From positions 53,754,001 through 53,818,000 of the forward strand of contig OZ076413.1 of the NCBI GenBank assembly GCA_964187785.1: DNA of 64,000 nt, given 5' to 3'. Below are positions 12,020-25,163 of this stretch, piece by piece (position 1 is the first letter of the stretch; each line of letters starts with the position of its first letter). This DNA is from Amphiscolops sp. MND2022. Taxonomy: Eukaryota. A program made the translations under genes and the position numbers. The notes under the pieces were generated by a model. That model searched no databases. It was not told where the DNA came from and saw only the letters and a list, made by a program, of their open reading frames with translations.

Positions 12020-14400
12020 GGCCTGATGTGCGGTAACAAATTCAAGACAAGTATCCACACGGGAACGCTAGTCTCTCTATTTGCAGGAGATGAGCTAAGA
12101 AAAGTCATCGGAAAACACTGGGTCGTAGTGAGAAAAATCATTGACGATAAGATATATGTGGATTTTAATAGATGCCTCATTACTGGGATACATGTTCGTG
12201 AGCGTACATGTGGGAACGACAAGAATGTCCAAAGCGAGAGTGCTGGTTGCGAAGAAGGGATCGATGTCCCCTGTCAGTCGTGATTGAATTAGAGCACTAA
12301 AGTATAACATCGAACAACCAATCGGAAAAGGTGAGAATTCAGTAAACGGCATTTCCTGCGAAAGCGCAGAACCCGAGATTAAGCTAAGTCCCGACGCAAA
12401 GCAATTAGTTGAAGAGTTTTCAAATCTATTCAAGCGATGCTGTAGAGTAAACAATTATAGGATTAAAATAGAAATGAAGGACGCCACGCGCGTAACTTAG
12501 CAAAAGGGGCGGAGGATTCCAATACAGCTGCAAGAACGAGTAGAGCAAGAAATCAAAGATCTACTACAACAAGGACATATTGAAAAAATAAATAATACAA
12601 AAGATGACGTTTACATACAATCCTGTGGTAATAACGGCGAAAAAAGACCGATCAGTTAATTAGCCCTAGATGCACGCGCGCTAAATAATTCAATCGCAAA
12701 AGACACCTACCAGATGCCCAATCTCGAAAATCTAATGGATATGATTGCAAAAAAATATGATGGAAAAGAAGGTGAAGTGTTATACTCGTCAGTCGATATG
12801 AAGTACGCGTAGGGATAAGTTCCGATAGACGAGAATACGGCGAAACACTGAAATTTTCAAATTATAGGCGGAAAATCAACTGGTACTTATAGATTTGTAA
12901 CAGACCACTACGGACTGACAATAATGCTGACCGAATTTCAAAAACTAATGGATTTGACACTTGTGAATATGGACTGTACATTTGTGTATACAGACGATAT
13001 TTTAATTGTTACAAAATGCGAACAAAGTGTACATATTATAAGTATTAGAAAAAGCCAATTTGCTTTTGAGAGCGGATAAATACCAAATCGTGTGTACAAC
13101 AGTTAATGGCAAAGTCCAAGGAATTACCGAAAGGTTAGGATCGGGTAACGTGAAAGAATTGTGATCATTGTTGGAGGCAGTCAACCAATTAAATAAATTC
13201 GTCCCAGAGTTACCTAATATCTGTGCACCATTTAGATCTAATTTGAAGAAATAAGAAGAGTGGAATTAGACACAAGAACATGAAAAACCTTCTTTAAAAT
13301 GAACCAAGAAGCTTAAGAGTTACGAATTTGACACATTTGAAACGAGATAGAAAAAAAAGAGTTATATGTGACGCTAGCAAAAAGGGTTGGGGACTGTGCT
13401 CCAACAACAGCAAAAAAACCAAGAATGAAAACCAGTGTCATTTGCGTCAAGATTTTCAACGGATTTCGAAGCTAAGTATTCATTAAGGGAGCTAGAGTTA
13501 TTAGCCGTCGTATGGGCGGTCGAGCATTTTTAAAATTACGTGTACGGAGTAAAACATCAAGTGATTTCTGACCATAAAGCGCTAGCATCTGTCTTGAAAC
13601 CAAATAGGGGGAGTTGAACGTTCTCTAGTAGGCTAACGAGATGGGTTGACAGATTGCTGCCATTCGCATTTGAAATTACCCATGCACCGCGTAGAGTATT
13701 ATGCTTTGCAGATTACGTATCGAGACATCCAAGTGAAATAAAAGGAAATACCGTGAAAGCGGAAAAACTATGGAAGTATTGGTTTACATTAAAAACTATT
13801 ACCAAAATTATCAAGTGGACAAAAAGCTCCAAAAGTTATAACCCTGGTAAAATCACGGCAAAGAGTTAAATTTTCGAGGCTACCGGCGCTTTGGCAAAAA
13901 AATTCAACTCGTTCAGAATCGACGAAAGAGATTTTCGTTATATGGACGAGAGACTCTTCATTCCGGTTAATTTGAACGCCTCAATCATGAGCTCAGTACA
14001 TCACGGTCACCCCGGCTGCGATACATCTCGAACACCGCAAAGTGTTGCGAACAATGCTCACATGCAGGGAAAAATGTTAATCCTTTGAAAAAAAAAACAA
14101 AATCAGTTTGAAGAAACACCAAAATCGCTAACGTCAAATGAGGTAAATGCATTGGGCTTTGCAGGTCTTTTCCAAAATGCGGAACACGGAAAAAATACAT
14201 GCTAGTGGCAATCGATAATTACTCTGCTTGGCCGGACGCCCAATTTCTACATAAACAATCGACGAAGAAAGTTATTAAAGTTTTGAAATCAGGCTTATCA
14301 GAAATATTGTACGCGTTGCGAACGGGCCAGAAGGCGGACGTGAATCGCCTCTCGAAAAATTATATGGACGAAAACTGAATACCGTAAAGAGTAACGTAGT
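12020..14400 (+). pseudogene. pol: pol (PR-RT-RNase H-partial IN) of element A, heavily disrupted
   Basis: IHTGTLVS (protease DTG-like), ALDARALN, YTDDILIV (RT), CDAS...ELELLAVVWAVEHF (RNase H), HHGHPG and LVAIDNYSAWP (integrase); many stops. Confidence 0.85.
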
Positions 14401-17400
14401 CGAGCGAATTGAAAATGTTCTAGAAGCGGAGTCAAAGTTAACTTTCAGCCTCTCAGACTTTGAGCAAGAATTAAACCCGGCGATACTAGTGTGCGAGAGG
14501 ACAAAGGGGTCCAAGTTAGAGGGACAGTACAAGAGAAAGGTGGGGAAGCTGCTAAAAGTAACAGCACACAATATAACATTTCTGCCAAAGAATAGTAACA
14601 AGGAAGTAGTGCTGTCAAAACGGGACGTGGCTAAAGACACGACCGAGCGAGTCGTGACATCCAAACAATTCGAGATCCCACAAACCTCAACCGAAGAAGA
14701 GACAAGCGATGATGAGACGTACGTTATGCCGGAATACGAAGAAGACGAAGAGACAACCTCAACATCAAAGAGCGCTAGTTACAGCAGGAACGAAGAAGAC
14801 ATTTGTAGAGAAACGGATGATATGGGCGAGAAGCCAAAAGAGCAGGAAGCGAGCAATGCGAACAAAAAGGCAGTATCGGAGAAAATGGCTACTCCTAAGA
14901 AAATGGACAATTCGAAGGAAAAGGTAGATAATGATAGAGAGACAGAAAAGAAGAAGGCGATAAAGGCGTCAGTGGAGTGGACCCCCGCGAGTGAGAGAGA
15001 GCCCCAAAGAGCCGACCAACACAACGTTATGGAATTGACGTTGTTTAAGGTGAAAGAAAATGAGCAGATTGAACAACAAGAATAAACTCAAAAGGGATCT
15101 GAAACTGAAAAACATTAAAACCCTTGATGTCACTTAAACTGAAATGAATACCAGTGTTAACAAGACATGTACAAACTTAATTGAACTGAGATTGATGTAT
15201 ATTTAGTATCCCAAGTTTTGTCTAAAAAACGGGGAATTTGATAGATTGACATCTTAGTGTTAGACAAAACGCATATGTGTAAACAGTTCAATTAATAACA
15301 CCTGTCAAAATTGCTGAACATCGATAAAGTTCAGAAAATCACTTGCTGTTGCCTTTTATTTTGCTATCTAGTTGCTAATACATTCTTCATCATCCATTTC
15401 TGCTTTTCATTCTTAAAATTCTGCTTCAACACATATTATACTCGTTTTTCATTTTGAGCCCTGGGTCTGGGTTTTAGTTCACGTAGTGTTTTTTATTCAA
15501 GATGCTCAAAAGAGTACAAAAGGTCCACTATGTTTTGTTGACTGTTTCATTAGCATAGCAATGCTTCTAGTATTTATTAGCTCTTGCGTTAGTGTATCCC
15601 ATTACGTCATTGTTGGAATTGACGCCGCTTCCATTAAATTCGTGGTCGAGTTCCTAAACACAGTTGGCTCTGCTCCGTTAATGGAAAGATCAGAGAGGTT
15701 TTGTTCGATTTGAATTACTCTTTTGTCATAATTAAGGTTTTTCTGATTTTCATGATACGTGTAAGCATCTCTAGCATCTTTTGGACTTGTTCTCGCGTGC
15801 ACTTTGATTTTTTGACGTCACAGAAATTTACAGTTGAAACGGGCTTCCCATTTGCTTTCATGCTCGGCTGTGTCTCAAATGCGCGTATCCGCCTTCTGCT
15901 CAGGACAGGGTATTAAAAGAATTGAGTCTCATCACACAGAAAACTGCATGTTTTTTCTTGGCTTCCCAACCATACTTGATTTTTAGACCGTCACGGAACG
16001 TCACACGTCATCGTCACGACAGACCATTTGTGAACAAAACGACATTTTTCCAATGGACAGGACGTTAAACGAGTTCGATGCTACTTCTCATTGCATTCGT
16101 CTTCAATTCAAGAAAACCAGCTGACAAGAAACGAAAATCAAAAAAGCGGAATTTTTAGCATTTGTTTCTCGGATAAATCGACGAAGCAAACTTTTTGACT
16201 ACTTTCACATTTCTTTTCTTCAAAGAGTGTAGCTTTATCAAAAGTGGAACAACCTTTTGAAACAACCTGTTGAAGCAATCATTCAGTTGAGTCAACTTTG
16301 AAAGGATTTGCGCTTGGCGACTCTTGTTAACCGACGAACCATCAATATGCCCCGAATGGCGCTATTCTTGTACCTGCATATGAATTTTGAACCGGATTTG
16401 ATTTTCAACCTTTTCCCTAATACGTTCATAAAATGCTATTGCCCAACGGTAGAACAATCTTTGATGTTTATTCCAATTCCGGTATAAATGGAGCAATAAT
16501 AGTGCAATAATAAGTCAGAAAGTGGATTTAGAGAATCTTTTATTCTTTTCCAGGTGTTCATATAATTGCTATTATGGTAAAGTGTTTTCTTTCCCTGATT
16601 CAATATTATACTTGGTTCAACTGCTAACAGTGCCTCGCTTTTTCCACCGTAATCTCTGTAGTTTCCATTTTAATGGCAAATACCAAAAAGATGCGATAAA
16701 AATCTTGATACCTTCAGGTAAAAGAAAATCAATTAGAGCCGTTTTCTGTATAATGCCAAAAAACAAAGAAAGCTCTAAAATTTATAACTGTTATCATGTT
16801 TTTGATTATTAACCTAGATTTTTGAGCATGCCATCAAAGTTTCCCGTTTACTTATATAATAAATCATAGTTTAAACACCCTTTTAAATGCTAGTCTATAA
16901 CTGAGTGCTGAATTGATTCGAACCATGTCGTTTGAACTGTGACATAAACCAAGAAATACACATGTGAACTTTCAATAGCTTTCAACATTTCTGCCAATTT
17001 TTGCGATCCGACCTCTAAATCACATTTGTGCGTTTTTCAAATTTTCATTTTATCAGTAAAAGTCTGGTTGATGCTTGATTTTGTCCAGTAATTGCGTTTA
17101 AAGTTGAACGGTTTAGAAACAATAGTTTGAGCAGTTTCAAAAATATCTCTAAATGTCGGGAAGCTCTGTACGTCATTATCAATTGATGGCTTTCTTTACT
17201 TTCGGCAAAGCAACTTTCGTCACAGTATCATTGAAGTTTCATACCATAGAAATACAGAAGCTGATAGCAGTAGCTTGAAATTTCATAGTTGACAGATTTG
17301 TAAAGCCTCTTCTTCAGAACTGGTTTAGCACTTTTGTTGTTAAAATTTTGCTTGAGAGCAATACTTGTCATTGTTAAAGTGCGAAAGCACAATGTGATCA

Positions 17401-18589
17401 ACTTTTCGCTTACAAATCTTCTACCATATTTGACACAAGTCTTGTCGTGTGTCAAATTATACGAAGTTTTACCTCCAATTGATTTTTCTTCTCGTATGGT
17501 TTCGAAACTTACATGAAACGCCGATTTTCAGACGAGCAAGTTCCTGGTTTGGTGAGCTCTTTTTCTCATTTTCTACTTTACATACAATCATTCATTTTTT
17601 ACACGTATGTAATATGTTATTTACCTATGTCATGGATAAATAATTGCCTTTGTTTTGTCGTAGTTGAAAGTATCCGCTACTTAGATCAATTATCATACAT
17701 GACATGAATAATATCTTTGTTCGCTTTGGACCCAAGTTATTTGATGTTGTCGGATCTATTTCGATAGACCGAATAGATTTTACATTCTAACCAAACCTCA
17801 TAGATTTCGCAATGTATAATTTATTGTTCGAACGATGTTCAAGCATCGTCTAGAGGATTATTTTTCAACCATTGGAAACAAATAACGGATAAGTTCAGGG
17901 TAACTTCGGCAACTCTGACAAAGTTTGCCAATTTTGGCAACGACAAGCAGGTTCTAATGGGAGGATAATCACAGATAATGGTTTCGTTGGGTTCTGATGA
18001 ACTCGCCAAGTGCTTGATACTGAGCAATTGAAACGTCAAAAACCTTTTTGTGAAGCCATGATAGACAATTAAGGCCGAACTTTCCGCATGAATCGCCAAT
18101 TTGAAAACCCATGCATTTTTTTGAACTACTCAAAAAGTGTTGACGAGCCATTTACTCAACCGAGGACGTTGTAGTCTTTGATGTTTTTGGATTCGTCTGT
18201 CGTGAAAATGAAACTTTGCATTGTTGTATTCTAACTAGGTTTAGGTGAAATGAGGTTTTCTAAATTAATATCTCTCCTGTATCAAAGCAAAAGACTATAC
18301 AACAATATCTCTCTAACATAAATGGATGTAACAGTTTCACATCTAATGTTTGTAAACAGCAGACTGGTATGTCTGCTACCGAAGTTCGGTAAAGGTTGTT
18401 TGTTTGATTGACGGATGAACCGTATAACATTTCCCCTTCTCTCTCCGGGGTTTTTCAGAGGCTTGAAGATGTGCCGGGTAACGTCATGTTCTCCGGCAGG
18501 AAGTCTTGCGGTTTTGTGCAGTTTCCGGTATTGGTTTGGGCGTGCCCTTTGTTCGAGTCCAGCTGTGGCCTGTAACATAAACAACTTTT

Positions 18590-20032
18590 TCATACCCAAA
18601 AATTTCCTTTATATGTTATACCACCGTATCTATTCGGTTTATTTGTGTTTCGGTTTGACCGTCTATATTTATTTTGAGAGTTCTCACCCTGGGGCGGCAT
18701 TTCTCCGTCAGTGTGTATTTGTATGACATCATTATCGGGGTCTGTTTGTATCGGAGCATACCGTCCATCTTTCTCCGATGTGTCATACGTCTTTCCGGCA
18801 TCTTCCGGTATTTCTTCATCGTCTTCGTCTTCGTCTTCGTCTTCCGTCTCTATTTCGGTGTGCTTTTTGTTTTGCACTATTCTCAGTTTCCCGTTTAGGA
18901 TGTCTCTGAGTATTTTATCCCATTTCCCGTATTTGCCATCAAGTCCGCGTAGGCAATGTCGGTTCTTGGGCGTTATCTCAGCTGAGACTGTCGGTGCCGA
19001 TTCTCTTCGGTGTCTTTTCTCGCTCTGAAATAATGGATCCGAAATAAATTTTCGGTGTATTATTTTTCCCGTGTCAGTATTTACGGTGTTCTCGGTTCCA
19101 CTTACTGCGGTTTGTATTTTTGATTGGAATCTACCTTCTAAGGATTTCCGGTTATGTCTCTTTTCTAGAAATTTAAAGAATTTAAAGGGATATCTAACCG
19201 AGCTCCTTTTCTTCGGTGATTTTGACTCCGAAGCCAGTTGCCGTTCTTCGGTCTTTGTCCGGGCCATCACCATGTGGTTGGTGATTTCCCCGTCTGCGTC
19301 TCTACCGACATATATCGATATTTTTGGCCGATTTGGTGCTGAAACGGACAGTTCTGACCAATTGGATAAGAATGATTTTCCGTCTTTTATTATGTTAGTT
19401 AGCTCCGTTCTCGGCTTTCGACCGTGGTGTAATTCAAATGGTGTTTTCTTTAGTCCGGTGTGTATTGTGAATCGCATCACTTTTAATGCTCTATTTACAC
19501 TTTCGGTTAGGTTATTTCCGTCTTCCATATTAGCTAGCACTAAATTTTTCATTGTTTGTATTGCTCTTTCTACTGTTCCGTTTCCGGTATGCATTCTCGG
19601 GGGGCAATACTGTATTTCTATATTTCGGGCTTTGCAAAATTCTTTATATTCGGTTGAGGTGAACGCTCCCCCTTTATCGGATTTAATTTTTTCTGGAATG
19701 CCGTATAAGTTAAACTGATTTGATAGGAAACTTGTAACTACTTTTGTTTCCGATGTTCTACAAATTTTCGCCGTCGGCCATTTACTAAACCGGTCTATTG
19801 CAATTAATATTTGTGGTTCGCCGTTTAGGTTCTTATAATGTAATTTTCCGGTAAAATCAATTTGTATTTCTTGTCCCGGTTCGGACAATTTTTCTAGTTT
19901 CCCGTACTTGTTTTTTGGAATTTGGTATTTAAGGTTCTTACCTGTAGCTAGGCAGACTGTACAATCTTTTACTCTTTGCTCGATATCTTTCCGCATTTCC
20001 GGCCACCAAAATATCTTCGCGTCTGATAGCAT
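18590..20032 (-). CDS. Integrase of element B
   Basis: CTVC Zn-finger half, IQIDFTG, IKSDKGGAF, GNGTVERAIQTMK (DDE). A 27-bp tandem duplication near 20035-20090 breaks continuity with the upstream HH half. Confidence 0.95.
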   Translation of the reverse strand: MLSDAKIFWWPEMRKDIEQRVKDCTVCLATGKNLKYQIPKNKYGKLEKLSEPGQEIQIDFTGKLHYKNLNGEPQILIAIDRFSKWPTAKICRTSETKVVTSFLSNQFNLYGIPEKIKSDKGGAFTSTEYKEFCKARNIEIQYCPPRMHTGNGTVERAIQTMKNLVLANMEDGNNLTESVNRALKVMRFTIHTGLKKTPFELHHGRKPRTELTNIIKDGKSFLSNWSELSVSAPNRPKISIYVGRDADGEITNHMVMARTKTEERQLASESKSPKKRSSVRYPFKFFKFLEKRHNRKSLEGRFQSKIQTAVSGTENTVNTDTGKIIHRKFISDPLFQSEKRHRRESAPTVSAEITPKNRHCLRGLDGKYGKWDKILRDILNGKLRIVQNKKHTEIETEDEDEDEDDEEIPEDAGKTYDTSEKDGRYAPIQTDPDNDVIQIHTDGEMPPQGENSQNKYRRSNRNTNKPNRYGGITYKGNFWV

Positions 20033-21224
20033 TTGTTATTCCGGAGTGACCGAATAACATTGTTATTCCGGAGTGACCGAAGTGTAGAATTTCAATAAGC
20101 CGTTTTCTCAAGTCGATGGGAACGGCGATTTGATCGTCGACGAAGAATGGGCCCCATCGAACCGAGAGTTTATCGAAAACCGCTCTGTATCCTTCGGGCG
20201 CGGAGTCTTTTTCCTCTCTTCTCATGTTGGTCCGGACTCGTGTCATTTCCGGATCGATCGCGGTTTTGGATATGAGTGTTTTGAGGTCGAGCATGAAATT
20301 AAATTCTGCTTTCTTGATGTTTTCTTCCGTCATCTATTTATTCTCGGTGAGCCGGCCCACAATGTGGTTTATTTGAATGTAATGGGCTTCTGTATGGCCT
20401 TCTGTATGGTATTTGCTGAGGTCAACGATCGGCAGATTGTCCCCCCGCATTATCACGCTATCTTCTTCGGTGTCCACCGTATTTTGTTCAGCTTGCAGTT
20501 CTCCCTCTTCGGGTGCTTCCGGTTTATTTTCTTCTTCTTCTTGTATTGGCCGGTATCCACCGCCTATTCGGTTAGCTCTTTGTGTGAGCTCCGCATCTAT
20601 CTCCGCAATCTCTTCTCGGCTTCTTTTATTCGGTCTTGATGGTGTAAAGATCATTCTTTGTGATTGCGGGTCGTACCGTCTTCTCATTGTTCCGGGCTTT
20701 GCTAGCGCTTCTCTCCTTTCTACTAGTCTCCGTGTTTCCGGGCTTTTGTTTCTTCTTTTTATTATCTCCATGATCTCTCGGGTTGCTCCCCAGTGGTATA
20801 AGTTTTCTCGGTTCATTTTCTTAATATCTTCTTCTTTCACGTTTGAACTTGTCTTTGCGGTGCTAATTTCGGACTGCCCGGATGTGGTTTTCTCGCTTTC
20901 GTTAATTTTATTCACGTGGCCTTTGTTCTGGAATGTTCTATTTGCATGAGATTGGTCGTTCTTTTGCTCATTTTCGTTCTCGGATGTATCCCGTTTTATC
21001 TCGGTATCTTGTTTGCTGTAATCTGATTAGCTGTCGAATAGTGAACCTTATTTTGCGTTCAATTCCGCATGCTCGGTTAATATGTTAATGACGTATTATT
21101 CGTCGTATTTGTCTTCTGTTGGTGCTCCCCCTACCGGATTTCTGCTGAGATAGTCGGTGAATTTCATATTGCTGCCGGCAATGTGTTGAACTGCGATGTC
21201 AAAATGTGCTAGTCGATCTAACCA

Positions 21225-21560
21225 TTAAGTTAGTCTTGCGCTGTATTGATGATTGCTTCGGTTCCTTTTAATTAGAGGTTCTAGTGCTTGGTTATCCGTA
21301 TATAGGTGTACCTTTTTTCCGTATAGGTAGAAACGGAATTTTTCCAATCCCCAGACTACTGCTAGCAGTTCAAGTTCACCGACTGAGTAGTTCTTTTCGG
21401 TGTTGTTCAAGTATCTACTACCGAATGCAATTGGTTTCAATTCCCCGTCGTCTTGCTTTTGCCAAAGTGTAATGCCGAGACCGGTTTTACTCGCGTCTGT
21501 CGTTACCATGTTATCTTTATCTTTTGCGTAGTGTGCTAAACATGGTTTTCCGGTCAGCAT
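21225..21560 (-). CDS. RNase H fragment of element B
   Basis: VTTDASKTGLG...ELELLAVVWGLEKFRFYLYG...TDNQAL; bounded by in-frame stops. Confidence 0.9.
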   Translation of the reverse strand: MLTGKPCLAHYAKDKDNMVTTDASKTGLGITLWQKQDDGELKPIAFGSRYLNNTEKNYSVGELELLAVVWGLEKFRFYLYGKKVHLYTDNQALEPLIKRNRSNHQYSARLT

Positions 21561-21599
21561 TTGTTTTATTTGTATGAAATCATTCTCTTGTTCCTGTCC

Positions 21600-23186
21600 C
21601 TATATCCATGGTTCATTTTTCTTCAATAGTTTTCTCAATTTGTCTGTCTTTTCCGATAATTTTGGTAGAAATTTTGCTAGATATTGTACTGCCCCGATGA
21701 ATGATTTCAGTTCTTTTGTATTGTTCGGTGCTTTCAATTTTTGTATCGCTTCAACCTTCCCCTCGTTCGGTTTCATCCCGGATTCATCAATTTCATGTCC
21801 CAACCATTTTGTCTGTTTTAGGAAAAATTCCGATTTCCTTTTGCTCGCCCGGTATCCGGCTTTTTCGAGTTTAGATAAAACATCGAATAGTTTTTTCTCA
21901 TGTTCTTGTCTACTTCCGCGTGTTACTACTATAATGTCATCTAACCATGCCGGTGTACTGTATTCCAGTGTTCGGTCTATTTTTTCCTGGAAAATTGTGG
22001 GAAAATCGGCAAGTCCGTAAAACCCTTTTTTAAATCTGTAGTACCCGCTGAATTTCGCTCCGGTGATTGCGAATACGCATTGTCGGCTTGTCTCTTCGGA
22101 TAATTTCATTTGTCCGTATGCGTAGTCTAAGTCGATCTTTGACATGAATAATTGTAATGTTCGGTCTCGTGTAATTTCCACCAATATTTGGTTTAGTAAT
22201 TCCTCCATATTCGGCATGTGTGGTCTCCGTTTAATGCAGCTATCGTTTAGTTTCCGGGAGTCTAGTGCTATTTTCACCGATTTGTCATTCTTTACCGTTA
22301 TTACTACCGGTGATACGAAACAGTCTTCATCCACATTGTTTACTTTCTCTAGATGTCCGGCTTTTATTAGTTTCTCTAATTCCCGCCCTACATCTTCTTG
22401 TAAGTGTAGTGGTATCGGTCTTGCTTTTTGTTTCACCGGGTAATGTCCGGGTTTCAGTTGTATGTTTATTTCGGTATCTTTTATTGTCCGGTTGTTTTCG
22501 AATAGGTCCGGGAACTTGTTAATTATTCTCTCCTTTTCTGATTGGCCGATTTCGGCCAGTTGTATTTTACCGATTGTCAGCTTGAATCTTTTCATCCAAT
22601 CCATCCCCAGTAGGGGTGTTATGTCCGCTCTTTCGGTAATTAGTATTTCCATTTTTTGGTTGTTATTTTCGTATTCTATGTTTACCGGTATTTTCCCCCG
22701 GAATTTTACTTCGTTCTTGTTTACATCTTGGTATCGGTTTGTTATTTTCTGTATTTCGGTCTTCTTTATGATTTGTTCGTCTAGTGGCATTATGGTCACC
22801 GGTGATCCGGTATCGATGATGAATTCTTTTGGTGTTCCGTTTATCTTTATTTTCGCCGTGTAATGTTTCTGTTGTTCTACGATGTTCTTTATTTCTTCTA
22901 TATGATATATACTTTCATCTGATTCGCTCATCGATTCGTTTGGTTCTGTTTCTTCTTCTTCGGTAAGTTTACTCAGTGTTCGGTTGTTCTTTTTTCTTTG
23001 TTTGCATGCCCGTGGGTAATGTCCCTTCTTTCCGCAGTTGTTACAATTTGATTCTAATGCTGGGCATTTGTGTGTTGGGTTCCAATTTGGTGCGTTGCAG
23101 AATCTGCATGGTCGGTTTCCCGTTATTCTCGTTTTCGGTCTGGTTCCGAATTTCTCCACTCTTTGTATTGGTTCTTCTTTGATCAT
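21600..23186 (-). CDS. pol: gag Zn knuckles, aspartic protease and reverse transcriptase of element B
   Basis: CRFCNAPNWNPTHKC...CNNCGKKGHYPRAC; FIIDTGSPV; ALDSRKLN; IDLDYAYGQ; WLDDIIV. Confidence 0.95.
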   Translation of the reverse strand: MIKEEPIQRVEKFGTRPKTRITGNRPCRFCNAPNWNPTHKCPALESNCNNCGKKGHYPRACKQRKKNNRTLSKLTEEEETEPNESMSESDESIYHIEEIKNIVEQQKHYTAKIKINGTPKEFIIDTGSPVTIMPLDEQIIKKTEIQKITNRYQDVNKNEVKFRGKIPVNIEYENNNQKMEILITERADITPLLGMDWMKRFKLTIGKIQLAEIGQSEKERIINKFPDLFENNRTIKDTEINIQLKPGHYPVKQKARPIPLHLQEDVGRELEKLIKAGHLEKVNNVDEDCFVSPVVITVKNDKSVKIALDSRKLNDSCIKRRPHMPNMEELLNQILVEITRDRTLQLFMSKIDLDYAYGQMKLSEETSRQCVFAITGAKFSGYYRFKKGFYGLADFPTIFQEKIDRTLEYSTPAWLDDIIVVTRGSRQEHEKKLFDVLSKLEKAGYRASKRKSEFFLKQTKWLGHEIDESGMKPNEGKVEAIQKLKAPNNTKELKSFIGAVQYLAKFLPKLSEKTDKLRKLLKKNEPWI

Positions 23187-23819
23187 TTATTTTTCGTTTG
23201 TTGTGATTGATGCTTCGGGTATTGTATTTTTCTTGTTTTTCTTTTCGTATGTGTTTTGTTTAATCATTTCGATTGTTTTCTTCATCTCTAGGGTCTTTTC
23301 TTTCATTAGCTTCTCCCGTAACTTCCTGTCGGTAATCGCTGTCATGTATTTGGATATTAGTAGTTCTTCGGCTGAGATGGTTCCGAAATTGCATTCTTTT
23401 TCTATTTCAATCAATCGTCTCCAGAACTCTTCGGGTGTTTCATTCTCCGATTGTTTCGCCCAAAAGAAGTCTCCTCTATTGTGATATGTGTTCCGTTTTG
23501 GGAGGTAGTGTTCGGTATATAACCGAATTAGGTCTTTGATTTTTATACTGTCCGGTTCCGTTTTGTACTCGGCCCGGGTTATCTGGTACAATGTTTCCGG
23601 TCCCACTCCCCAGATAAAGTCTTCTTGGATTTTTGCTTCTTTATCGGCGGTCCAACCGGCTTCTGTAATATCTTCCCTTTTTAATAATGGTGTGATGTCG
23701 ATTTTGTGTTCTCGTTTGGTAAATTGTCTAAATCTCTCCAACCATTGTCTCGGGGTAAATATTGGGTTTCCGTCTGATGCCTTTGCTTCTAGGTTTGGTA
23801 CAGTATTCTTTTCGGCCAT
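23187..23819 (-). CDS. gag: gag N-terminal ORF of element B (premature TAA, in frame with next ORF)
   Basis: 210-aa ORF directly after the PBS; retrotransposon gag-like FFWAKQ.ENET.EEFWRRL motif. Confidence 0.85.
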   Translation of the reverse strand: MAEKNTVPNLEAKASDGNPIFTPRQWLERFRQFTKREHKIDITPLLKREDITEAGWTADKEAKIQEDFIWGVGPETLYQITRAEYKTEPDSIKIKDLIRLYTEHYLPKRNTYHNRGDFFWAKQSENETPEEFWRRLIEIEKECNFGTISAEELLISKYMTAITDRKLREKLMKEKTLEMKKTIEMIKQNTYEKKNKKNTIPEASITTNEK

Positions 23820-25163
23820 GGTTCCGGTTAAAATTTTCGGTTTGTTAAAGAAAAAAATCTTGCTTACTGCGCCTTGTTATATTCTAACTAGGTTTAGGTA
23901 AAATGAGGTTTTCTAAATTAATATTTCTTCTGTATCAAAGCAATAGACTATACAACAGTATCTCTCTAACATAAATGGATGTAACAGTTTCACATCTAAT
24001 GTTTGTAAACAGCAGACTGGTATGTCTGCTACCGAAGTTCGGTAAAGGTTGTTTGTTTGATTGACGGATGAACCGTATAACATGCATTGTAGCCAGAAAC
24101 TGGGGCAGATGATTCCAGCTTCCCTACAACACTCCATTTCGAAAATCTTGTTTAAGTTCTCAGATTGCAATTAGGATAAATTGCCCACTAAGAAATTCAT
24201 AAGTTCATAATGGATATGATAACAGTTTTCCAGCCTTATGATTACATCAATTTATTCTTATAACAATTTGAATTATAACAATTCAAAGGCAAAAAACCAA
24301 GTGTTATACAGAAGGTGCGGACGCTTTTTTTTCAGATTGAAAAAGAACTGAACTCCCGTAACTGTTGGAAATCCTGTTATCCACCTATTCCAAATTGTTA
24401 TAGCAAAAACCCTACAAAAATCCTGTTATAGGTTCCTGCAAACTGTTCCAGCAGACAAGCAGTGGTTTCTTGAAAAAGTGTTGCTGCAGCTGCCGAAAAA
24501 CGTTTAGTTATCAAGCCGCGTTCTTAATTTGGAATACTTTGGCAACTTCAGAGTCTATTTTCCTATCCTTGCTGTTGTTTATTTTCGTTCTTTTTCTGTT
24601 GAACACTGCTGTTTAAAACCCTGTTCATCGAGTTCTATTTTTTCGAGTTGTGTCTATTCGTGATCAGAATGTGTATTCACGTGACAGGTAATGATGAATC
24701 TAGCAACGTTTCCTTTTGATTATAAGCAGGTGCATTTGAAACGTTTCAGCAAACCTTGTTGCAAAAATCCATCAAACTGCCTTTTATCTCCTGTTGATGT
24801 GTATATATGAGGATTTTTCAAGTTTTTAGTCAACACCACAGTCGCTCTCGCTTCAATTTTTTTCTTTTCGGTGAAATTTCTCTTAGCTCTAGTTTGTACA
24901 TTCTTACTTAGTCACACTCTGAGCGCCAATCCGCCTAGGTTTTTCCAGTGTTTACGTTGATTTTTTTTTCGTGATCAAATACACGTTGGACCAGTTTTCC
25001 CTAGAAGGTTCTAACCACATTTGCTCGACGTTTTGTAATTGGAGGCTTGAAATTACTGTAGTGTAATCGTTCTCCAAATTTTGAGATAAAATTTCATTAC
25101 TTTCCGCCCGCATTTAATGGAGGAGGAAAATCATAATCTGTGTTGCGTTTTTTTTGCAACGCA

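Larger units (their letters stand above)
10824..15431 (+). mobile_element. Gypsy/Ty3 (Mag-like) LTR retrotransposon A, decayed, 4.6 kb
   Basis: LTRs 10824-11018 and 15237-15431 (195 bp, about 11 mismatches). TSD CATAT at 10819-10823 and 15432-15436. PBS-like TGTCGCGGTGAGCG at 11019. PPT aaaaaacggggaa at 15224-15236. Domain order gag-PR-RT-RH-IN. Confidence 0.93.
18222..24082 (-). mobile_element. Gypsy/Ty3 (Mag-like) LTR retrotransposon B, 5.9 kb, several nonsense lesions
   Basis: LTRs 18222-18429 and 23875-24082 (208 bp, 6 mismatches). TSD TGCAT at 18217-18221 and 24083-24087. PBS-like AGGCGCAGTAAGCA (- strand, 23861-23874). PPT agagagaaggggaaa at 18431-18445. Confidence 0.95.

Noticed and set aside
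8069-15431. One larger LTR element bounded by the 8069 LTR and the 15237 LTR (CATAT on both sides)
   Set aside because: The 8069 LTR and its CATAT were copied by the tandem duplication; the true insertion is 10824-15431
16400-18200. Long semi-open - strand frames suggesting an old coding sequence
   Set aside because: No recognisable domain; cannot be supported without a profile search
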